From NCBI GenBank assembly GCA_049604295.1, contig JBMYTL010000007.1, forward strand, positions 8,172 to 72,171: a stretch of DNA of 64,000 nucleotides, given 5' to 3'. The DNA comes from Gammaproteobacteria bacterium (GTDB lineage Bacteria; Pseudomonadota; Gammaproteobacteria; JACKNK01). The notes under the pieces are model-generated. The model was not told where the DNA came from. It ran no database searches and worked only from the letters and a program-made list of their open reading frames with translations. Position 1 is the stretch's first letter, and every line of letters starts with the position of its first letter. The translations under genes were made by a program, and so were the position numbers. Below, piece after piece: positions 54,357 to 63,277 of the stretch.

Positions 54357-55988
54357 ATGATCAAAGAAATACACGTCCCCGACATCGGTGACTTTTCCGA
54401 TGTCGACGTCATCGAGGTGCTGGTCAGCGTTGGCGACACCATCGCCATCGACGATGCACTCATCACCCTGGAGTCCGACAAGGCCTCCATGGACATCCCC
54501 GCGCCCGAGGCCGGTACGGTGACCGAAGTCAAAGTGGCGGTCGGTGATAGCGTCTCCGAGGGCAGCCTGATCCTCAGCCTTGACGTGGCCGACGCCACGG
54601 CCACCGACAACGCCTCAAGCAAGGAGGGCAAGCCCGCCGCCAAGGCCCCAGCCGCCGCTGACCCCGCACCCAGTGGTTCCGGTGGGGGGTACGGCGGTAC
54701 ATCGCTGGAGGAGATCAAGGTGCCGGACATCGGCGACTTCTCCGATGTCGATGTCATCGAGGTGTTGGTGCAGGCGGGCGACACGATCTCGGCGGACGAT
54801 GCCCTCATCACCCTGGAATCGGACAAGGCATCCATGGACGTGCCCGCCCCAAAGGGTGGCAAGGTCCACGAGGTGAAGGTCGCGGTCGGGGACACCGTCT
54901 CCGAAGGAAGCCTGATCCTGGTGCTTGAATCCGGTTCACCGGCTCCAGTGCCCGCCCAACAAGCATCCACCCCGGCGCCCGCTGCTTCCGCTTCAGCAAG
55001 CGCACCGACCCAAACGGTGGATGCCGATGCCTTCAAACGCGTTCACGCCTCCCCTTCAGTCCGGCGCATCGCCCGCGAGTTGAGCGTGGACCTCACCCAG
55101 GTCACCCCCACCGGTCGCAACGGCCGCGTGACCCAGGACGATGTGAAGGGTTTCCAGACGGGCGCCAGTTCGGCGGCCTCGGCGGCCGCTCCGGCCGCGC
55201 AAGAGGTACCGGCCAAGAAGAAAAAACCCGCCGCCGATTTGGGCGAGCTCGGCATACCGGAAATCGCCCAGCCCGATTGGAGCAAGTTCGGCGACGTCAG
55301 CACCGTGCCCATGAGCCGCATCAACAAACTCTCTGCCAGGCATCTGGCGAAGTCCTGGCTCAACACCCCCCAGGTCACCCATTTCGATGAGACCGATGTC
55401 ACCGGGCTCGAGGCCTACCGCAAGTCCCTCAAGGCGCAGGCCGAGAAGCAGGGCGTGCGCATGACCCCGCTGGCCTTCTACATGAAGGCCGTGACCGCCG
55501 CCCTGAAGGCCTTCCCCAAGTTCAATTCCGCCATGGATGCGGACTGGGAAAACCTCATCCAGCGCGACTTCTACAACATCGCTATCGCGGTGGACACGCC
55601 CGACGGTCTGGTGGTGCCGGTGGTGCGCGACGTCGACAAGAAAGGCCTGTTCGACCTTGCCCGCGACCTGGGCGAGATCTCCGTCAAGGCCCGTGACGGC
55701 AAGCTCAAGGCCGACGACCTGCAAGGTGGCTGTTTCACCATCTCGTCCCTGGGCGGCATCGGTGGCACCAACTTCACGCCCCTGGTGAACGCCCCCCAGG
55801 TCGGCATCCTCGGCCTGACACGCAGCCAGTCGCGCCTGGTGCGCAACGAACAGGGTGAGATCGTCGACGCCCTCATCCAGCCCCTGGCCGTGTCCTACGA
55901 CCACCGGGTCATCGATGGCGCCTACGCCGCCAAGTTCACCAGCTACCTCGCCTTCCTGCTGAGCGACGTGCGCAACCTGATCCTGTAA
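54357..55988 (+). CDS. aceF: Dihydrolipoamide acetyltransferase E2 (two lipoyl domains)
   Basis: Two lipoyl domains (VPDIGDFSDVDVIEVLV ... ITLESDKASMD), E3-binding domain (ASPSVRRIARELSVDL), catalytic YDHRVIDGA. Confidence 0.96.
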   Translation: MIKEIHVPDIGDFSDVDVIEVLVSVGDTIAIDDALITLESDKASMDIPAPEAGTVTEVKVAVGDSVSEGSLILSLDVADATATDNASSKEGKPAAKAPAAADPAPSGSGGGYGGTSLEEIKVPDIGDFSDVDVIEVLVQAGDTISADDALITLESDKASMDVPAPKGGKVHEVKVAVGDTVSEGSLILVLESGSPAPVPAQQASTPAPAASASASAPTQTVDADAFKRVHASPSVRRIARELSVDLTQVTPTGRNGRVTQDDVKGFQTGASSAASAAAPAAQEVPAKKKKPAADLGELGIPEIAQPDWSKFGDVSTVPMSRINKLSARHLAKSWLNTPQVTHFDETDVTGLEAYRKSLKAQAEKQGVRMTPLAFYMKAVTAALKAFPKFNSAMDADWENLIQRDFYNIAIAVDTPDGLVVPVVRDVDKKGLFDLARDLGEISVKARDGKLKADDLQGGCFTISSLGGIGGTNFTPLVNAPQVGILGLTRSQSRLVRNEQGEIVDALIQPLAVSYDHRVIDGAYAAKFTSYLAFLLSDVRNLIL

Positions 55989-56000
55989 TTCACGAAATTT

Positions 56001-56138
56001 GAACCGCGAAGGCGCGAAGGTCGCAAAGGGATCCAGCGACCAAGCGCCCCGGCCAAGAACGCTGCCGTTCACGCTGCCTACGCATGTGAACAGCACCTCG
56101 GAGCCCATTTCTTCGTGATCTTCGCGCCTTCGCGGTTC
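56001..56138. repeat. Long palindromic spacer element, copy 2 (aceF-lpd spacer)
   Basis: Perfect 19-bp terminal arms gaaccgcgaaggcgcgaag / cttcgcgccttcgcggttc. Inner gttcac-N13-gtgaac. Confidence 0.88.
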
Positions 56139-56157
56139 ACAAAAAGAGCAAACCACC

Positions 56158-57912
56158 ATGAGCAACATCATCGAAATCAAAGTCCCCGACATCGGCGACT
56201 TTTCCGACGTGGACGTGATCGAGGTCCTGGTCGCCGCGGGCGACAGCGTGGCCGCCGACGACGCCCTCATCACCCTGGAATCCGACAAGGCCTCCATGGA
56301 CGTGCCCTCCTCCCACGGCGGCACCATCAAGGAAATGAAGATCGGCGTGGGTGACACGGCCTCCGAAGGCACGGTCATCTGCCTGATGGAAGTCACGGGC
56401 GACGCGGCCGCACCATCAGAACCCGCTCCGACCCCGACCAAAGAAACAGCCCCGGCTGTCGAGGCCCCCGCTGCTGCCTCCCATTCCGGGGCCGCCGACG
56501 TGGAATGCCAGATGCTGGTATTGGGTGCCGGCCCCGGCGGTTACACCGCCGCCTTCCGCGCCGCTGATCTCGGTATGAAAACCGTGCTGGTGGAGCGCTG
56601 GGACACCCTGGGTGGTGTCTGCCTGAACGTGGGCTGCATTCCCTCCAAGGCCCTGCTGCACGCCGCCAAGGTCATCGAAGAGGCCGAGGAGATGGGCGAG
56701 TTCGGCGTCAAATTCGCCAAGCCCGAGGTGGACATCGACGCCCTGCGTGGCTGGAAGGATAAGGTCGTCGGTCGCCTCACCGGTGGCCTCAAGGGCCTGG
56801 CCAAGCAGCGCAAGGTGGAAGTCGTTCAGGGCGTGGGCGCCTTCCTCGACCCGCATCATGTGGAAGTCACCAGCGAAGGTGGCGGCAAGACCGTGGTGAA
56901 GTTCGACCATGCCGTGATCGCCGCCGGTTCAGAAGCGGTGAATCTGCCTTTCATCCCCGATGACCCGCGCGTAATCGATTCCACCGGGGCCCTGGCTCTG
57001 GATGGTGTCCCCAAGCACATGCTGGTCATCGGCGGCGGCATCATCGGACTGGAAATGGCCACCGTGTATGCCGCTCTCGGCACCAGGATCACCGTGGTGG
57101 AAATGCTGCCCAACATCATGGCCGGGGCCGATAAGGACATCGTCAAGCCCTACCTCAAGCGCATCCAAAAGCGCTATGAGAACGTCTGGCTGGAGACCCG
57201 GGTGACCGGCGTCGAAGTGGTGGACGCGGGTTTGAAGGTGAGTTTCGACGGCAAGAACGCCCCCGCCGAACCCCAGGTCTACGACCGCATCCTGGTGGCC
57301 GTGGGCCGCACCCCGAACGGCCTCAAGATCGGCGCCGAGAACGCCGGCGTGGCCGTGGACGAACGCGGTTTCGTGCAGGTGACCGACACCCAGATGCGCA
57401 CCACCGCGCCGCACATCTTCGCCATCGGCGACATCATCGGACAGCCCATGCTGGCCCATAAGGCCGTGCATGAAGGCAAGACCGCCGCCGAAGCCGCCGC
57501 CGGACAGGCGAGTCATTTCGACGCGCGTGTCATTCCCTCCGTGGCCTACACCGATCCGGAAGTCGCCTGGGTGGGTGTCACCGAGGAAGAGGCAAAAGCG
57601 CAGGGAATCAAATACGGCAAGGGCGTGTTCCCCTGGGCCGCTTCCGGCCGCGCCCTGTCCCTGGGCCGCGACGAGGGCATGACCAAGCTGATCTTCGACG
57701 AGGAGACCGACCGCCTCATCGGCGCGGGCATCGTGGGCACAAACGCTGGCGATCTCATTGCCGAGGCGGCCCACGCCATAGAGATGGGTTCCAACGCCAC
57801 GGACATCGGGCTTACCGTCCACCCTCACCCGACCCTTTCGGAAACCGTGGCCATGGCGGCCGAGGCCTTCGAAGGGACGATTACGGACCTGTACATGCCC
57901 AAGAAGAAATAA
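56158..57912 (+). CDS. lpdA: Dihydrolipoyl dehydrogenase E3 with an N-terminal lipoyl domain
   Basis: N-terminal lipoyl domain (IKVPDIGDFSDVDVIEVLVAAGD ... ITLESDKASMD). Then FAD site LVLGAGPGGYTAAFRAA, redox-active GGVCLNVGCIPSK, C-terminal HAHPTLSE-like HPHPTLSE. Confidence 0.95.
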   Translation: MSNIIEIKVPDIGDFSDVDVIEVLVAAGDSVAADDALITLESDKASMDVPSSHGGTIKEMKIGVGDTASEGTVICLMEVTGDAAAPSEPAPTPTKETAPAVEAPAAASHSGAADVECQMLVLGAGPGGYTAAFRAADLGMKTVLVERWDTLGGVCLNVGCIPSKALLHAAKVIEEAEEMGEFGVKFAKPEVDIDALRGWKDKVVGRLTGGLKGLAKQRKVEVVQGVGAFLDPHHVEVTSEGGGKTVVKFDHAVIAAGSEAVNLPFIPDDPRVIDSTGALALDGVPKHMLVIGGGIIGLEMATVYAALGTRITVVEMLPNIMAGADKDIVKPYLKRIQKRYENVWLETRVTGVEVVDAGLKVSFDGKNAPAEPQVYDRILVAVGRTPNGLKIGAENAGVAVDERGFVQVTDTQMRTTAPHIFAIGDIIGQPMLAHKAVHEGKTAAEAAAGQASHFDARVIPSVAYTDPEVAWVGVTEEEAKAQGIKYGKGVFPWAASGRALSLGRDEGMTKLIFDEETDRLIGAGIVGTNAGDLIAEAAHAIEMGSNATDIGLTVHPHPTLSETVAMAAEAFEGTITDLYMPKKK

Positions 57913-57943
57913 ACCCCGGAGGTACGCGGACAAAAGCTGTTGA

Positions 57944-58075
57944 ATGGCCACGGATGAACACGGATAAACACCGATCGGGGAACCTCGCGCGGGCGCACAT
58001 GCCGCGTCTGCGCATCGATCCTTCCCACGGGTGGAGAAGCATCCCGTTCGGAAATCCGTTCTCCTTCGTGGCCAT
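57944..58075. repeat. Third long imperfect palindrome, downstream of lpd (different arm sequence, shares tccttcgtggcc with copy 1)
   Basis: Arms atggccacggatgaacacggataaacaccgatcgggg / cccgttcggaaatccgttctccttcgtggccat. Central gcgcacatgccgcgtctgcgcatc. Confidence 0.65.
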
Positions 58076-58105
58076 CCGCAATCCACGATTCCCTGCTACC
58101 GCTCC

Positions 58106-58885
58106 ATGACCCTCATCATCCCCCTGCCCCACGAACAGCACGGTGCCAGCCCCCTGGTGATGCTGCACGGTCTGTTTGGCTCCGCCACGAACTTCCGTAG
58201 CGTGGCCAAACGACTCTCAGCCAAACGCCCGGTTTATTGCCTGGACCTGCGCAACCACGGCAACGCGGACTGGGAGGATGACCATACCTACCCCGCCATG
58301 GCGGCGGACGTGATCAACTGGATGGACACCCAATGCCTTGACCGGGTTGACCTTCTGGGTCACTCCATGGGCGGAAAAGTTGCCATGGCAACGGCCCTCA
58401 CGGAACCCAGCCGAATCCGGCGTCTGGTCAGCGTGGACATTGCACCGGTCAAGTACCGTTCAAGCCTCGGCGAGTACGTGGAGGTGATGCACGGCATAGA
58501 CCTGGGCTCCATGAAATCGCGAGCCGACGTGGACAAGGCCATGGCCGAAGCCATTCCGGAGCAGGGTATCCGCGCCTTTCTGTTACAGAACCTCAAGCGC
58601 GGCGATCAGGGTATGCAATGGCGTATCAATCTTGAGGCCCTGCAGGCCAACATGGCGGCAATCGCGGCTTACCCCGATTTCGGTGCCCGCTCTTTCGACA
58701 ACCCCACGCTGATGCTGCATGGGGGACGCTCCGACTACGTGCTCGAGCGCCATAAGGTCGCCATCTACGCGCTGTTTCCGCGCGCCCGGATCAAGACCAT
58801 CGACGATGCCGGTCACTGGGTGCACGCCGAGCGCCCGGAACAATTCGTCACCGAGGTCGAGGACTTCCTCGACGCCGAACAATGA
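58106..58885 (+). CDS. Alpha/beta-fold hydrolase (YbfF-like esterase)
   Basis: [10 protein letters not shown] oxyanion region, nucleophile elbow GHSMGG, C-terminal DAGHWVH. Confidence 0.85.
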   Translation: MTLIIPLPHEQHGASPLVMLHGLFGSATNFRSVAKRLSAKRPVYCLDLRNHGNADWEDDHTYPAMAADVINWMDTQCLDRVDLLGHSMGGKVAMATALTEPSRIRRLVSVDIAPVKYRSSLGEYVEVMHGIDLGSMKSRADVDKAMAEAIPEQGIRAFLLQNLKRGDQGMQWRINLEALQANMAAIAAYPDFGARSFDNPTLMLHGGRSDYVLERHKVAIYALFPRARIKTIDDAGHWVHAERPEQFVTEVEDFLDAEQ

Positions 58886-58889
58886 CCCC

Positions 58890-58957
58890 GTAGGAGCGGC
58901 GTCCCGCCGCGATCAGCGCAAACCCCGGCCCCCATCGCGCCGGGACGGCGCTCCCAC
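58890..58957. repeat. REP-like inverted repeat pair (GTAGGAGCGGCGTCCCGCCGCGAT ... ATCGCGCCGGGACGGCGCTCCCAC)
   Basis: Read directly. About 21-bp arms with two mismatches. Each arm is itself GC-rich and resembles the gtaggagcg / gtgggagcg REP class. Confidence 0.75.
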
Positions 58958-58973
58958 ACGAAGACCAAACAAC

Positions 58974-59933
58974 ATGAGCCATACCACCAAGCCCGCACCC
59001 GGCGTACCCATGCGCCGCGCCGACAAGGTCGCCCGCATCCCCGTAAAAGTGGTGCCCAGGGCCGAGCCTTTGAAGAAACCCGCCTGGCTGAAGATCCGCC
59101 TGCCCAGCCAGTCCCAGGCCGAACAAGTCCGCGCACTGTTACGCGACAACAAGCTCAACACCGTTTGCGAAGAGGCCGCCTGCCCCAACCTGGCCGAGTG
59201 CTTCGGTCACGGCACCGCCACGTTCATGATTCTCGGCCGGGTCTGCACCCGTCGTTGTCCCTTTTGCGAGGTGGGCCATGGTCGCCCCCTGCCGGTGGAC
59301 GAAGCAGAGGCCGACATGCTGGCCGACGCCGTAAAGACCATGAAACTCAGTTACGTGGTCATCACCTCGGTGGACCGCGATGACCTCAAGGACGGCGGTG
59401 CGAAACACTTCGCGGACTGCGTCAGCGCGGTACGCGCGGCCCGCCCGGGCATCAAGGTGGAGATACTCACGCCGGACTTCCGGGGGCGCATGGACACCGC
59501 GCTCGACGCCATGGCCGTCTCACCTCCTGACGTGTTCAACCACAACATGGAAACCGTGCCTCGCCTGTACAAGGCCGCGCGCCCCGGCGCGGACTACCAG
59601 TGGTCCCTGGACCTGATCAAGGCATTTGGCGAGCGCCACCCAGACATTCCCACCAAGTCCGGCCTCATGGTGGGGCTGGGCGAGACCATGGAGGAACTAC
59701 AGGCCGTCATGCGCGACCTGCGCGCCCACGGCTGCCGCATGCTCACCCTGGGCCAGTACCTGGCACCCAGCGATTCACACCTGCCCGTGCAACGCTACTG
59801 GACGCCCGAGGAGTTCAAGCAGATCGAAGACTTCGGCCTGTCCATCGGCTTTCAGCACGTCGCCAGCGGGCCCTTTGTTCGCTCCAGTTATCACGCGGAT
59901 CAGCAGGCCAAGGGACTCGTCGAGGCCCGCTGA
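58974..59933 (+). CDS. lipA: Lipoyl synthase
   Basis: Radical-SAM CTRRCPFC, N-terminal cluster [21 protein letters not shown]-terminus. Confidence 0.95.
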   Translation: MSHTTKPAPGVPMRRADKVARIPVKVVPRAEPLKKPAWLKIRLPSQSQAEQVRALLRDNKLNTVCEEAACPNLAECFGHGTATFMILGRVCTRRCPFCEVGHGRPLPVDEAEADMLADAVKTMKLSYVVITSVDRDDLKDGGAKHFADCVSAVRAARPGIKVEILTPDFRGRMDTALDAMAVSPPDVFNHNMETVPRLYKAARPGADYQWSLDLIKAFGERHPDIPTKSGLMVGLGETMEELQAVMRDLRAHGCRMLTLGQYLAPSDSHLPVQRYWTPEEFKQIEDFGLSIGFQHVASGPFVRSSYHADQQAKGLVEAR

Positions 59934-59940
59934 CGATCCA

Positions 59941-60789
59941 TCACACGGGTGTAAGCCCCAGCCCCCTGATGCTCTGACACAGCTGCGTCGCCAGGGCGGA
60001 GCGGGGATTGTGCTGGAGACGAAGATCAACCCCGGGCAAGGACGGCAGCCCATCCCCGGCCGTGGCAACCCTCATTCCATCTCCCACGGCGGATCGTGTG
60101 CGCGCGGTTATCCCCACGCCCGCCGCCACCGCCTCCAGCAACGCATGCAATGAGTCGGCACTGAAACTGACGTACCAGGGCAGGCCGACCTCTTCCAGAC
60201 TCCGCAACGCGAGATCCTTGAACCCGCAGGTGCCCGCGAACAGGGCGAGGGGGATTGGATCGCTACCCGCACCCTGCCAGTAGGCAGGCACCACCCATTC
60301 GACATCCTGGGTACTGAGCAGGTCGCCGTCGGCGTTTCCACCCATGGAGACCGACAGGGACAGGTCCAACTCACCGGCGCTGAACCACTCCAGCAAACGT
60401 TCGCTGGAGGCAACGCGCACCTCCAGCCTGACCCGCGGGTAGTCCTGGCGTAGTCGGCGCAGCAGGCCGGGCAGCGCCGAATCGGCCAGGCCCTGGGAGG
60501 CGCCCAGACGTAGAAGGCCAACGCTCGCCGCCTGGTCCATCGCGGCCACCGCCTGATCGTGGGCGGCGAGAATCCGGCGCGCATGGGAGAGCATGAGTTC
60601 GCCCTGGTGGGTCAGTACACGACGCCGCCCCTCGCGCCGGAACAAGGCCACCCCCGCCGCGTTTTCGAGCCGCTGCATTTGCAGGCTTACCGCAGCCTGG
60701 GTTCGATGGAGTGCACTGGCGGCCCGGGAAAAACTCCCCAGGTCCACGATCGAAACCAGGGCGCGTAGTAACTCGATCTCAAAGTTCAT
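59941..60789 (-). CDS. LysR-family transcriptional regulator
   Basis: wHTH N-terminus FEIELLRALVSIVDLGSFSRAASALHRTQAAVSLQMQRLE. 282 aa. Confidence 0.9.
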   Translation of the reverse strand: MNFEIELLRALVSIVDLGSFSRAASALHRTQAAVSLQMQRLENAAGVALFRREGRRRVLTHQGELMLSHARRILAAHDQAVAAMDQAASVGLLRLGASQGLADSALPGLLRRLRQDYPRVRLEVRVASSERLLEWFSAGELDLSLSVSMGGNADGDLLSTQDVEWVVPAYWQGAGSDPIPLALFAGTCGFKDLALRSLEEVGLPWYVSFSADSLHALLEAVAAGVGITARTRSAVGDGMRVATAGDGLPSLPGVDLRLQHNPRSALATQLCQSIRGLGLTPV

Positions 60790-60900
60790 TGTTAATTCAT
60801 AGTTAATAAATCTTTATGTTTTGTCTGAATATTATTCGTTTTTGTTGACCAACTCATCTTCCTAGGATGCGCGCACCACAACCCACCACAGGACGCATCC

Positions 60901-61278
60901 GTGCCCTACATCCAGATTGATCTCAGCGAAAACATCAGCGACCAACAGGCCCAGGACATCTCAGCGGGGGCCGTGCACATCATGGTCTCGGTTCTCCACA
61001 AGAAGCCCGCGCTGACGTCGGTGGCCATCAATGCGGGCCGCGTGCGCGACTGGTCCATTGGCGGGGGTCCCGCGCCGTCAACCGGCTTCATCCGTGCCCA
61101 CATCACCGAGGGAACGAACAGCGCGGAGGAAATCGAGGAAGCCATCGGCGCATTTCACGGCCTGCTGCGTGACACCCTGGATCACTACGAACCGGTCAGC
61201 TACGTGGTCATCGACGAGGTAGCCTCCGGGAACTGGGGCTTCGGAGGACGCAGCCAAGCCCATCGACGCCGGACCTGA
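60901..61278 (+). CDS. Tautomerase-superfamily protein (4-OT-like, Pro-1)
   Basis: GTG start followed by PYIQIDL (catalytic Pro-1 context), 125 aa. Divergent from the LysR gene across an AT-rich spacer. Confidence 0.6.
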   Translation: MPYIQIDLSENISDQQAQDISAGAVHIMVSVLHKKPALTSVAINAGRVRDWSIGGGPAPSTGFIRAHITEGTNSAEEIEEAIGAFHGLLRDTLDHYEPVSYVVIDEVASGNWGFGGRSQAHRRRT

Positions 61279-61372
61279 AACGCCCCAATCGCACCGCTTG
61301 AAGAGGGACGGCGCGACATGGAATCGGGGCCGGATGGGGGCGAACAGCCCATCGCCGGTGTAGCCTCGCGCG

Positions 61373-63121
61373 ATGAGGCTGATTCACTCCATCAGGGACA
61401 TTCTGATCCACCACCGCCCGGGGCTGCCGTCGGCCCTGCTCACGGCCCTGCTCACGGCCCTGTGTATCGGCCTGGTGATGGGCCCCACCGTTTCCGGCGG
61501 CTTGTTCTGGGATGACCACGCCAACCTGGGCGTTGCCGCGTTCGAATGGGGCCCGGGAGGTCAACTGAGCTGGGCATTCACGAGTTTCCACGGCGGGCAC
61601 TACCAGCCGCTGACCTGGCTCTCGTGGTTCCTGGACCATGCCCTCTGGGGCGATAACTGGCGCGGTTGGCATGTACACAACCTTGTCCTGCATTGGGCCT
61701 CCGCCGTCCTGGTCGCCGTGCTCATCCGCCAACTGGCAGGCGCGCGGGGCAGGTCGGTATCGCCCTGGATCGCCCTACTCGGCGCGCTGCTCTGGGCCCT
61801 TCATCCCATGCGGCTTGAGAACGTTGCCTGGCTGACCGAGCGGCGCGACCTGCTGGCCGCGCTGTTTTACCTCGCGGCGGTAAGCACCTGGCTGTATTGG
61901 CGCGTACATCGCCGCGCCGTCGTCTATGCCCTGTTCCTCGCTCTGGCGGCGCTGTCCCTGCTGGCCAAGGCCTGGGCCATCACCCTTCCCGTGGTCCTGC
62001 CCCTCATTGCCTGGTGGCTGTCCCCCCCTGCGCCGCGCACGCACCAGACCAGCCACTGGCTCAAAGCGCGGTTCCGCGAAACCGCGCCGTTGTGGCCAAT
62101 GGCACTGGCCGCGGCCATGGCGGCATCCCAGGCACAAAGCGGCGCGGGCGCCATGCTCAGTTTCGAGGTCTACGGCCTGGGCGAGCGGCTGCTGCAAAGC
62201 GGCTACGGCTGGGTGTTCTACCTCGCCGCCTCACTCTGGCCCGTGGACTACCGCCCCCTGTACGAACTTGGACCGGTTTACCTGTTCAGTCCGCTGTTCT
62301 TCGGCACCGCGTTGCTCACCACGCTGACCCTGGGGGGCGCAACGCTCTGGGCTCGCCGGTTGCCGGGGGCGTTCGTCAGCCTGGCCGTATATACGGTGCT
62401 GCTGCTGCCCGTACTGGGTATCAGCCAGAGCGGGCCGCAACTGGTGGCCCTGCGTTACGGCTACCTTGCGTCCATTCCGCTGGTCATCGCCCTGATCCTT
62501 TGGTTATCGGCGACGTCAGGTCGCCACCGACCGGTGTCCGTACTGTTGCCGATCACCTTGACCCTGGCGCTGTTCGCCCACGCCGAATCCCGCGTGTGGT
62601 CTGACGAGCTTACCCACTGGGCCCATGCGACCCAGTTGGCGCCCGATTCGAAATGGACCTGGACCAATCTGGCCATGACCCTGGAGCGCAAAAAACGCAT
62701 GGCGGACGCGGCCACCGCCTTTCAACGCGCCCTGGATATCGACGCGGGTTTCTACCCCGCCCTCGAGGGCCGCATACGCGCCCTGTCCGCCCAGGGCCTG
62801 ACCGGGGAGGCCCATGGAGCATTGCTGGACGCCCTGATGCGTTACCCCTACACGGCCGATCTCCATCACCTGGCGGCACTCAATGCGGCAAACCGTGGGG
62901 ACCTGGGAGACGCGGAACATCGATTCTCCGAGGCCTTGCGGCTGCGCCCGGATGACTGGCGTGCCCGCCTCGACCGCGCAAGCCTGCGGCTTCACCGCGG
63001 CGACTTCGGGGGAGCCCGTCGGGACATCGCAACAATCCCTCCCGGCTCGCCGGGTTTCGCTCGCGCTGAACAACTGCGTGCCGGGCTGGATTCACGGGCC
63101 GAACCGCGCTCTGAACCCTGA
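61373..63121 (+). CDS. Polytopic PMT/TMTC-like glycosyltransferase-fold membrane protein with C-terminal TPR repeats
   Basis: About 380 aa with about 10 TM, an N-terminal loop FWDDHANL (DD/DE motif context of GT-C enzymes) and HNLVLHWASAVLV. C-terminal about 180 aa of TPR. Confidence 0.65.
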   Translation: MRLIHSIRDILIHHRPGLPSALLTALLTALCIGLVMGPTVSGGLFWDDHANLGVAAFEWGPGGQLSWAFTSFHGGHYQPLTWLSWFLDHALWGDNWRGWHVHNLVLHWASAVLVAVLIRQLAGARGRSVSPWIALLGALLWALHPMRLENVAWLTERRDLLAALFYLAAVSTWLYWRVHRRAVVYALFLALAALSLLAKAWAITLPVVLPLIAWWLSPPAPRTHQTSHWLKARFRETAPLWPMALAAAMAASQAQSGAGAMLSFEVYGLGERLLQSGYGWVFYLAASLWPVDYRPLYELGPVYLFSPLFFGTALLTTLTLGGATLWARRLPGAFVSLAVYTVLLLPVLGISQSGPQLVALRYGYLASIPLVIALILWLSATSGRHRPVSVLLPITLTLALFAHAESRVWSDELTHWAHATQLAPDSKWTWTNLAMTLERKKRMADAATAFQRALDIDAGFYPALEGRIRALSAQGLTGEAHGALLDALMRYPYTADLHHLAALNAANRGDLGDAEHRFSEALRLRPDDWRARLDRASLRLHRGDFGGARRDIATIPPGSPGFARAEQLRAGLDSRAEPRSEP

Positions 63122-63277
63122 TCTCACGCTTTGAAACGGGTTGCCGGGTGTACCCAGAGGGCTTGGACTATGCTCAACCGGGACGGACGTGCAGCATCGG
63201 CCATGGAGGGCCACCTACACCATCCACTGACGCCCGCTCAGCGTCGACGCCAGATTCGCGCCCGGTGACACGGCCCT

